From Macrostomum lignano (Eukaryota): 64,000 bases of DNA. Positions 1 through 10,600 of the stretch are shown here, piece by piece (within the stretch, counting starts at the first letter, position 1; every line of letters starts with the position of its first letter). Where the stretch lies: positions 37,787 through 101,786 of the forward strand of contig NIVC01003335.1 in NCBI GenBank assembly GCA_002269645.1, in the 5' to 3' direction. A program made the translations under genes and the position numbers. Below the pieces are notes generated by a model. The model saw only the letters and a list, made by a program, of their open reading frames with translations. It was not told the DNA's origin and did not search any database.

Positions 1-799
1 TATATCGGTGATGCTTTTGTTTTTAAAAACAGCTAAAATCAATATGGCGGAACGACATTTTAAAAAGGACACTAAAAGACAACCTTGTGACCGTGAAGGC
101 CGCCTAATTGTCGAACACTTGCTTCTATCTTTTGTGATAAGTTTCAATTTTTAATTGGCTGCTATAGCCTATATAGATTTCTGGTGTAAGCCCTACCCTA
201 GATTTATCTTTACTTAATGCGATAGTGTATTACTATTCGTGATGATACATCTACTATCCTCAAATTAGACCTTCTAGTAGTATTTTTTACTAATTCTTCC
301 TTGGATAGCTTCTAGGATTGTATTTCATATTCTAGTGCCAGGTGCCAGCAAAAAACCCAGATTGGCCAGAAATGTTTTTATGCAATAGGCAATAGGGATG
401 CTATGTAACATCCTGACTTAAAAATTACAATTTTAAATTGGACCTTGGATGCAATGTTTTTTTAGTTAGGCCTACTGCAAATCTATTGCTATGCCTAGCA
501 CTAGTAAGCACTAGTTAACTAATGCATAGTCATGTTTACATTTTAAGTTAGGCCTTAAAAGATTCAGGCATTAACTAGAGGCCCATGTACTAGGCCTAAA
601 ACTAAAAATATATGTTTTATTTACTTCTGGCTTTTTAAAGTCAAAGTTTTATAGTTGTTGAATTGGCTTATTAGGCTATTTTGTTCTGTTGTAGGCCTCT
701 TAGCCTTAGATAGGCCCTAGCTTCTTCCTTAGGCCTAAATAGTTTTTGTTTTGATTTTTATGTCAAAAGTAATAAATAATTTCCATGAGCCTATAGCTA

Positions 800-1030
800 G
801 GTTTATTTTTATATGTAGAGTGTGTATATGCACTTTTAATTTAAAATTGCACCCAGAAATTGAAAATTGCAATTTAGGAAGTCTTATAACCTGTTTTTCT
901 ATTAAACTTGAATTGAAGCCTCATTTGCATTGCCCTAAAATAAGAAATTGCACTTTGAGCCTTAAAATTGCACTATAAAAATGAGTCTAGAGTGCACTTT
1001 TATACCTTGTCTCTGGCAAAAAAGAAAACC
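800..1030 (+). mobile_element. Dispersed 230-bp MITE-like repeat, copy 1 (copy 2 at 49821-50053)
   Basis: The two copies are colinear from ggtttatttttata..tagagtgtg to ggcaaaaaagaaaacc; short terminal inverted repeat GGTTT...AAACC. Confidence 0.65.
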
Positions 1031-2994
1031 TTGGCCTATAGGCCTTTATATGTTGCTTCCTCTTTGCCTTTATTATTGGCTAATGGCATATATATGATGT
1101 TTTCAATATATCAATATTTTGAATATTAGGCCTAGTCATTAGTGCTTTTTTCTTGGCTAGGCCAATGAAAATTTAAATAAGAAATAGATATAGCCTTATA
1201 ATTTATTATTAGGCCTATATCACATTCAAAAATTGGATTAGGCCTAATAGAGAATAAATAGAGTTGGTATGCCTAGAAGTTTTATATAAAATTGATATTC
1301 TAATCTTTTTATTTTGCTTTGAGATTAGGCCCTAAGCTTTAGCCTATGTATTTAAGCCTAAGGCAAAGTTATTGTATAATACACTTGTGTGAATATATAG
1401 TAGGGGCCTAGGCAATTTATTTATTAGATTTTTAAAGTATTATATTAATAGATTAGTAAAATAATCTATTATTTATTATTTTTTGTTTTTTACTTATGAA
1501 TTTCAAATTATTTCAGCCGAACAACCTATAAACTATAACCTTTATTAAACTTATCCTTTTCTGCCTTATCAACACATGCTATCCATCATAGTGGAAGCTA
1601 ACCTGGATCTTGAATGTTCCTGGATTGAGCCAATTCTAAACTAGTAGTTGGCTAGCAAAGGATCAATTTACAGCAAGTTTTCCACCAAGCAATGAGCAAC
1701 TTAGTCATTATTGCATTAACCAAGTATTTCCATGCAATGACTGGGTATGATGCATTATAAAATTATACACTTGCACTTGATTATTTTTGCATTTTTATTT
1801 AGTGTATTTTAACTTGTTTTGATTCACCATTTTATTGCTTCTGTGACTTTTAAACTGTGCCTTTTATAAAATGAAAATATAAATCATAAATAATAAATTA
1901 CATTGAACCATGTTTAGAAGCCTACTAAATAGCTTCTCTTTCATATCAATATTGCCTGAAACGAAACAAAAGAGTGCTGTAATATTTTTAGTCATTTTTC
2001 TTTTAAACAACTGTGATTGCAATGGCAACAGCATTTCTTAAATGATCTTGGGCAAGACGTCTTCTGCAAGTCATCTGGAAGATGTCTTTAAGTAGATTTT
2101 AAGATGTCTTGAAGATGTCTGAAGACGTCTTTAAGTTATCTCTAAGTTGTCTACAAGTGTTGCAAGGAGCCAATTTTTAGACCGAATTAAGTCAATTGTA
2201 AGATGTCTTGAAGACATCTTTCTGTCTTATGCAAGGCATCTTTAAGACATAATTAAGCCAACTTTTTTTGATCTTTCTACTTCAGTAAGCATACATATCA
2301 AGCTACATATGTACATAAATAGACATATAGACATATTTGTACTCCTTGTAATTTGAATAAGACTCAAATTTAGCAAAATTTCATGAGAAAGATTTGGACA
2401 AGAGTACAATAGCATTACAGTTAAAGTACACGCGTGTATGTCAAAACGTCTGTGCCAAAAAGTTAATTTAATACACGCGCCGCGGTCACGGCATGACTGC
2501 AGCAATAAGCATAGACGTTCATGTACGGAATTTTGTATTATTAGAAACTATATATAAAAGAAGTTCCAAGCAGCCTAATACATGTGTCAGCTTGCGTTGC
2601 TCCCAAAAGCATATATGTATATATTACATGTACAATCTACATTTAAGCTACTATACATTTGCGTACACCAAAATTTCCATATCAATTCCCCAAGCTAGAC
2701 CAAACTTCTGCTGACAGTTTCTCAGTCCACCGCAGCAACTCACATTTGCTATAGGAAAGGCAAGGGCCTGGCGCGTGGGCTGCATACAAGTGATCGATTT
2801 CTAACCCGCTAATGCACGCACAAGTTTGGAGCGACTAACTCTAAACTCACCACGTACAATTTTTGGAGGTTGTCAAATTCTGGCCCGTTGTGATCAGAGT
2901 TTGCACACGATATTCCACAAAGTTAAAACCGACTTTTCTTCCAAATTTTGTCGATAGCATTGAATAGCGCAGAGGCAAATCGAGTATTAAGCAA

Positions 2995-4095
2995 GTCAAG
3001 TTTGTGTCCTTAGCTTGAAACTTGCGTGTCCTTAGGTGTCAAGTTTGTGTCCTTAGCTTGAAACTTGCGTGTCCTTAGGTGTCAAGTTTGTGTCCTTAGC
3101 TTGAAACTTGCGTGTCCTTAGGTGTCAAGTTTGTGTCCTTAGCTTGAAACTTGCGTGTCCTTAGGTGTCAAGTTTGTGTCCTTAGCTTGAAACTTGCGTG
3201 TCCTTAGGTGTCAAGTTTGTGTCCTTAGCTTGAAACTTGCGTGTCCTTAGGTGTCAAGTTTGTGTCCTTAGCTTGAAACTTGCGTGTCCTTAGGTGACAA
3301 GTTTGTGTCCTTAGCTTGAAACTTGCGTCCTTAAGTTGTCAAGTTTGTGTCCTTAGCTTGAAACTTGCATATCCTTAGGTGTCAAGTTTGTGTCCTTAGC
3401 TTGAAACTTGCGTGTCCTTAGGTGTCAAGTTTGTGTCCTTAGCTTGAAACTTGCGTGTCCTTAGGTGTCAAGTTTGTGTCCTTAGCTTGAAACTTGTGTG
3501 TCCTTAGGTGTCAAGTTTGTGTCCTTAGCTTGAAACTTGCATATCCTTAGGTGTCAAGTTTGTGTCCTTAGCTTGAAACTTGCATGTCCTTAGGTGTCAA
3601 TTTGTGTCCTTAGCTTGAAACTTGCGTGTCCTTAGGTGTCAAGTTTGTGTCCTTAGCTTGAAACTTGCGTGTCCTTAGGTGTCAAGTTTGTGTCCTTAGC
3701 TTGAAACTTGCATATCCTTAGGTGTCAAGTTTGTGTCCTTAGCTTGAAACTTGCGTGTCCTTAGGTGTCAAGTTTGTGTCCTTAGCTTGAAACTTGCGTG
3801 TCATTTGGTGTCAAGTTTGTGTCCTTAGGTCTCAAGTTTGTACCTTAGGTCTCAAGTTTGTGTCCTTAGGTGTCAAGTTTGTGTCCTTAGCTTGAAACTT
3901 GCGTGTCCTTAGGTGTCAAGTTTGTGTCCTTAGGTCTCAAGTTTGTGTCCTTAGGTGTCAAGTTTGTGTCCTTAGGCTCAAGTTTGTGTCCTTAGGTGTC
4001 AAGTTTGTGCCCTTAGGTCTCAAGTTTGTGTCCTTAGGTATCAAGTTTGTGCCCTTGGTATGCAAGTTTGTGTCCTTAGGTCTCAAGTTTGTGTC
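2995..4095. repeat. Minisatellite: 43-bp dimeric unit decaying into a 21-bp monomer array
   Basis: caagtttgtgtccttagcttgaaacttgcgtgtccttaggtgt repeated with a 43-bp period to about 3800, then caagtttgtgtccttaggt(g/c)t monomers. Confidence 0.95.
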
Positions 4096-4651
4096 TCGGA
4101 CTAGCTCAAACCTGCCTTTGGCCTAGTTTACACGCATAACAAAATTATGCATGAAAAATGTCAGTTATGGTCGAGAAAAGAAAAACAGTCTTAAAGACAG
4201 AAAAATATTGAATATATAATTTTTTTAATCATCATTCTTTCCACAATAACTTGCCTTGCATCACGTCAGCTTTATATTAGTAGAGCAACCCAACAACGAA
4301 GCCTTAGAGACAAGAACAAACCATATTTGGGTGCCAAATTTGGGACAAAGATGTGCATTGCGGATTCCACAAACCCCGAAGATATTCCTCTCAAAGTTAA
4401 ATATTTTTTGCAAGAGACAAAGGCCGCATCATCAAATAGTTCTAATTCTCTGTTGTTTTCTTTTCAAAAAATATTTTGTCAGATAATTTTATCACTACAA
4501 AATCATGAAGTTTACGTAGACTTATATTACGGCAGCTTTGCTCGAGCTGAATCAACTAACAATGATTCCTTCGTGCCAAAAACCGATACACCCTCAGTTT
4601 CTGTTTTAAGTTAGCCAACGAACCCGGTTGCGCAATTGAATACGCAACTTT

Positions 4652-7600
4652 TCACAGCTTGTCCAGGAACCGGTCCAGCGGCGGGATGCCCTCCTGCAGG
4701 CCCTTGCGCTTGCGCGTGTCTATCACGATCTGGCTGGGCTTGGTGCCGGCGGTCAGCGGGTCGCCAGGCATCACCTGCCAATGGTCGAACACGCACTGGG
4801 GGAAGCCTGGCCGCCTGTGGCCTGGCGCAGATCCGAGGTGAAGCCGAAGCTCTCGTTAACTGGCAGGTGGGCCTTCACGATAAACATCGGGGTGCCGGTC
4901 ACCTGTTCACGGGATTGATTGGCGCTTGCTGTTAGTGACTGTTGCAATAATGGCATGAATTTAGGGTCAACTCCTGTTACTATCCGCCATTAAATCCGGA
5001 TATAAGGGCGATTCCCATGGAATATAAGGGCGATTCCCATGGAATATAAGGGCGATTCCCATGGAATATAAGGGCGATTCCTATGGAATATAAGGGCGAT
5101 TCCCATGGAATATAAGGGCGATTCGCATGGAATATAAGGGCGATTCCCATGGAATATAAGGGCGATTCCCATGGAATATAAGGGCGATTCCTATGGAATA
5201 TAAGGGCGATTCCTGTAGGAATATAAGGGAAATTCCCATGGGATGTAAGGGCGATTCCTGTAGGAATATAAGGGAAATTCCCATGGAATATAAAGGCGAT
5301 TCCTGTAGGAATATAAGGGAGATTCCCATGGGATGTAAGGGCGATTCCCATGGGATATAAGGGCGATTCCCATGAAATATAAGGGTGATTCCTGTAGGGA
5401 TATAAGGGCGAATTTCATGGGAAATAAGGGCCATTGTGGCAGGTTTCCATACGAACCCTTGAAGATAGCTAACAAGAGCTGTTTTTATTAACCTGCTCCT
5501 CGGAGTACACCACACCGCGACGACGGTTCAGCACGCCGTAGATGCCGCCGACGGCGTTCTCGGGGCACTGGATCTCACACAGATACACCGGCTCCAGCAG
5601 GGCCGGCTCAGCGGTCAGCACGGCGGCGTAGAAGCAGCGCCGAGCAGTCGGGATAATCTGGCCGCCGCCGCGATGGATAGCGTCGGTGTGCAGCGTTACG
5701 TCGCAGATGTCGAAGCGACAGCCGCGCATGTTTTCGTCGCACATGACGCCCTCCTTGGTGGCCCACTGAAATGCGGCCACAACGCTGTCCTTGATCTCGG
5801 CCAGGTACTGTACACCCTTGGTGACGTCGACAACCAGGTTAGCGCCGTTGGTGTCCGGGCCAAAGCACCAGATCTTGCGAGCCTCGGTCACGTCCCAGTT
5901 GTAGGTGTCGGCAAGGATGCGGCCGCGCTCTTTGGCGTCCTGCCTAGGCGCGATTTTGCCATCGTCGATGTCTTTGGAAAGATCCTCGTCTAGCGGACGA
6001 GCCTTCATGTACAGCCGGTTGTGCTTGTTGGGCGACTTGGACAGCACCGTCTGCAGTGTAATATTGTAATTCAGTATCAACAACCGGATTGTGAAATTGG
6101 CCAAATAGTACTCTATGCACTGTGCCTTTCTAGGTTACTGGTCTCTGATCTCATTGTCAGACGGTGAAGACAGGCTTCTAGTCTGAGGACTCTGGTGCTA
6201 GGGAAACTCCTATTGCTAATTAAAGGATAACACACCTGGGTCTGCTTGAGCAATTAACGTCGTTTTAAGGGCTAACCACAAAAGCACACTGAAGTGTACA
6301 TGCCAAGCGATAATGGACAGTAATGCCTCTCGCCGGTTTGCCCGACAATGCCACTTAAAGTGCGCCAGGATGCACGCAGCCTCTCTGACTCTAGCAAAGT
6401 AAATAACAAACCTGGTTGCTCTCGTTGGTAACAGTCTCGCGGTACGACACCACGGGATCGCCAGTCTTAATGGGGATCTGGGCGTGATCCTCCTCCAGAT
6501 CCTTCAGACAGATCTCCAGATGCAGCTCGCCGGCTCCAGCGATGATGTGCTCGCCAGACTCCTCATTGTAGATCTGCACCATGGGGTCGGACTTGGCCAG
6601 GCGCTTCAGACCCTCGACCAGCTTCGGCAGGTCGGACGGATTCTTGCAGTCAACGGCGACGCGAACGACAGGCGACACGCTGAACTTCATGACGCGCATG
6701 TTGTGCGCAGCGGCGTAGGTGGTGATGGTGCCGGTCTTCACCAGGAACTGGTCGACGCCAACCAGGCCGCAGATGTTGCCACACGGCACGTCCTCGATAG
6801 GCTCGGTGTAGCGGCCCATCATGAGGATGGTGCGCTGGATGCTCTTCTCAAACAGGTCGTCTTTCTTGCCCGGCGCGAAGTTGGGGCCCATGATTCGCAC
6901 CTTGGTGGCGCTCACAACTCCGGAGAACACCCGACCGAAGGCGTAGAATCGACCCTTGTCGGAGGTCGGCACCATCTTCGAGATGTACATCATGAGCGGC
7001 GCTTTCGGATCGCAGGTCTTGATGCCGATGGCGGCCTCGTCATCGTGGGGTCCCTCGTACAGCAGCTCCATGCGGTAGCGCTGGGAGGTCACGGGAGACG
7101 GCAGGTGGATGGCAATCATCTGCAGCAGAGTGTCGCCAGCTGGGAGCCACTTGCGCATCATCACTTTAAGCAGCTGTTTGCCGGTCAGCTCGCGCTCCTC
7201 AGCGTCCAGCTTGATGTTGAGCTTTTCGGCAAGCTTCAGGCCCTCCTCGATCGGCTGGTCCATCACAACGTCAAACATCTGTAGAATGAATCGGTGAATG
7301 TACAATCGATGGTACAGTATATAGCAAGGACAATGCTGAGAAATAAATGTGACAATAAAAACAAAAGTCTTCCACCTGCATCAGAGAACTGAATCCTCAA
7401 TAAGATATTTTCAGCCTGGGGCAGTATAAGGTCATCATGTGCAGGTAAAAAATACTTTTTAGATGTTATAGATAAAAGCGCTGACTGGTTTACAGCTCTG
7501 GTCAGACAAACTGAATCATCAATTGCAGCATTTAATTGATTGCATTAGCCTGGGGCAGTATAAGGTCATCACGCATGAGCTGATAAACCAACAGGCGACT

Positions 7601-10600
7601 AAAAAAACGCATCAATATCTTACCTGGTAGATTGGGTTCAGCACAAACTGGATGAAGCCGCGAACGCACTTGTCGCTCTCCTGAGTCTTCACCCATTTCC
7701 TCGTCTCAGTGTTGTAGAAGTTGTCGCCCCACAGACGCTTCATCAGCTTCTCCGGCTCGATCTTGAACTTGGAGGCGTAGATCTCGGCGAACTGCTTCAG
7801 CGTGAAGGCCCAAGCGTGCAGGCCCGAGCCGAAGCCGACGGTGCCCTTCTCCGGCGACACGAAGATGTTGCCCATCGGGCCGCCCTCCTCGCCGAACTGG
7901 GCGATGATCACGTTGATGTTCTCAACGACTCGCTGGAACTGCTGGTACAGATCCTCCTTGCCCTTCTTGAGCGTCAGCAGCGAGCAGTCCATCTTGTTCA
8001 TGAACAGCACCGGCTTGATGCGCTCGGCGATGGCCTGCCGAAGCACCGTCTCCGTCTGCACGCACACGCCAGAGTTGCAGTCCACGACGACAAGGGCGCC
8101 GTCGGTGACGCGCAGAGCGGCGGTCACCTGTTCGTCATAATTAGGCAATAATAATAGCCGATTACTAAAACAATATTCTCTTCAAGACTACCGCAAAAAA
8201 AACAGAAAACTTCACCTGCATCAGAGAACTGAATCCTCAATAAAAATATTTTTCAGCCTGGGGCAGTATAAGGTCATCATGTGCAGGTAACAATAATAAT
8301 TAATAATTTTTCAGCTGGGTGAACTGAAGCAATGCAGAGTTAAGTGTCTTGCTCAAGGACACAAATTGTTTCCAGTGGAAACGGGAATCGAACCCCCGAC
8401 CTTTAAGTCGTGAGTCCGACGCTTTGAACACTAGGCTACAACACCTATGTGCAGGTAATTGTGTTGAACTAAGAGTTCAAATAAGGTCATTTACTTGTAC
8501 AAATTAGTCGAATAGTGGCTTTGTGTACAGGAGACTCTCCTCTATTTGTTGTCCAAAAGGTCACCTGACAACAACTTACCTCAGAGCTGAAGTCCACGTG
8601 GCCAGGCGAGTCGATCAGGTTGATCAGAAAGCCGGACTCGTCCGTTCCATCGCTGCGCTTGGACACCTCCTGCAGGGTCTTGACAAACTTCACATCGGCC
8701 TCAGTCAGCTCGTAGTACATGCTAACAGCCGTAGACTTGATGGTAATGCAGCGCTCCTGCTCGTCCTTGCGCGTGTCGGTGAACCTGGTCTCGCCAGCTC
8801 TGGCCGAGGCGATAATGCCAGCCTTGGAGAGAAGAGAGTCGGTCAGGGTCGACTTGCCGTGGTCCACGTGAGCAATGACAGACATGTTGCGGATGTTCCG
8901 CTTGTTGTCCATCATGCCACGGATTTGATTAACAGTGAAGTTCACCTAAAATATTTTAGTAAAGTGATGGGGCCATGTTAATTACCAAGAACCATAATTT
9001 AAAGCGGTGCAAAATCATAGAGTTATCATAATTTTGTCAGTCCATCTAGTAGCTGAAAGCCCACATGGTTTTTAGGGCAAGATTCAAAATTATCATCATT
9101 AATGAGATTTATGAAACAGCATAAATAAAGAATTTCATTACAAACATTTTTAACAAACATCAAAAAAGTCAAAAAGTAAGTTGCACATCCAGTGTAAATT
9201 AGGGGGTTGCATGCTTCTAAATGAAATTTTCCTGAATACCTAGAAGCAGTTTCTTATTTTAATTCTTTCTTTAATCTTTATGTAGTAGTCTGGGGCTTTG
9301 CTTTTAAATTAAACAAGTGTAAGATGTAGCATTTTTAAATGGAATCATGCTGCATATTTTATGTGACCAAGTTAAGGTGTTCTATATAATTTAGTGAATA
9401 TGCTACTATGCATTATTCCAGTTTATTAATTTTAATAACAATATAGCAATAAAAAACTAGTTTTTATGTCAAATGGTGCAATTGACTAGTTGACTAGCTT
9501 TTAATCTTTTATTGCATATGCTTTATTTCCAGTTTTAGTTTTGCCATTATTGTGGATAGCATCTGATATGGATTGCCCTTAATACTATGTGCAATCTAGT
9601 GCACTAGTGTGGGAAAAAGGTATCTGGTATAGTTTATACATTGGCTGCAAAAATGTGGCAGTGTTCTTTCATTTAATTTCATTAGTTTACTTACTAGATT
9701 TGCTATCTTTGTTTAATATTTGTGTCTTAAAATTTGATGAATATTTCTACACTTTCCTTGATAGGCATCTTATGAGGATCCTATATGTTTGTCTAAATAT
9801 TCTGCAACAAATTCAAAATGATCTTATACAAAAACAATATGATAGTTTGAATATTTTCCAAAAATAATCACCTAAACTATATATACACCTATTAATATTT
9901 TGACAATTGTAGATCTATACGAAACATAATCTTAACAAAATAGTTAGTGTTTTGCTGTAAGGAGGGTCCATGTACCATAGCTGTAGCCATAAGCAAAACT
10001 ATGGCTTATTCCAATTCTCCATATTCCATAGCCATAGGGACCCCAATATTACCATATTCCAATAGTTCCCATAGCCATAGTTTTAACAAAAAGTCTAGAA
10101 AACAAAATATTTTGAATCAATAAGATAACCTAGTGCTTAAAAAACTGCAAATTAAGTTACAAAATAAAAGAAACACTTGATTGACTTTGTAAGATTATAT
10201 TTTATCTATTTTTCAGAGCGACAATACTAAATTGTTACTGAAAGTACTAATGCTGAACTTTTTCACATAAAAAAATAGAATTTGCTAGTGTTTGTTTGTA
10301 CTTTATTAGGTATATTTTAAAAGTTTCAAAGTTGATAATACAGTTTACTAAAAGTATATTTGTTTTATTCTACCTGTTTCTAATATTTTTTCAATTTTTA
10401 AACAGTAACTATGGCTATGGCAATCTACAGAATCTGACAACAACTACCATATTTCCGTATTTGTAGCCATAAGAGCAGCTAGCTACTGTAGGCGTATCTG
10501 TAGCTGCTGTAGGCACCTATTTTACCGTAATTGCCATAGGATCCCGTAGCTATGGCTACTGCGGAACACTAAAAATAATTGTCTATAAATATATTCTATA

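Noticed and set aside
6130-6250. Possible H/ACA snoRNA in eEF2 intron 4 (two hairpins ending in ACA on the minus strand)
   Set aside because: The only ANANNA box lies inside the second stem, not in a hinge, and part of the intron is a SINE-B fragment. Too weak without a covariance search.
5673-7284. Plus-strand ORFs 5673-5993 and 6484-7284 opposite eEF2
   Set aside because: Antisense shadows of high-GC3 coding exons; no independent motif or splice support.
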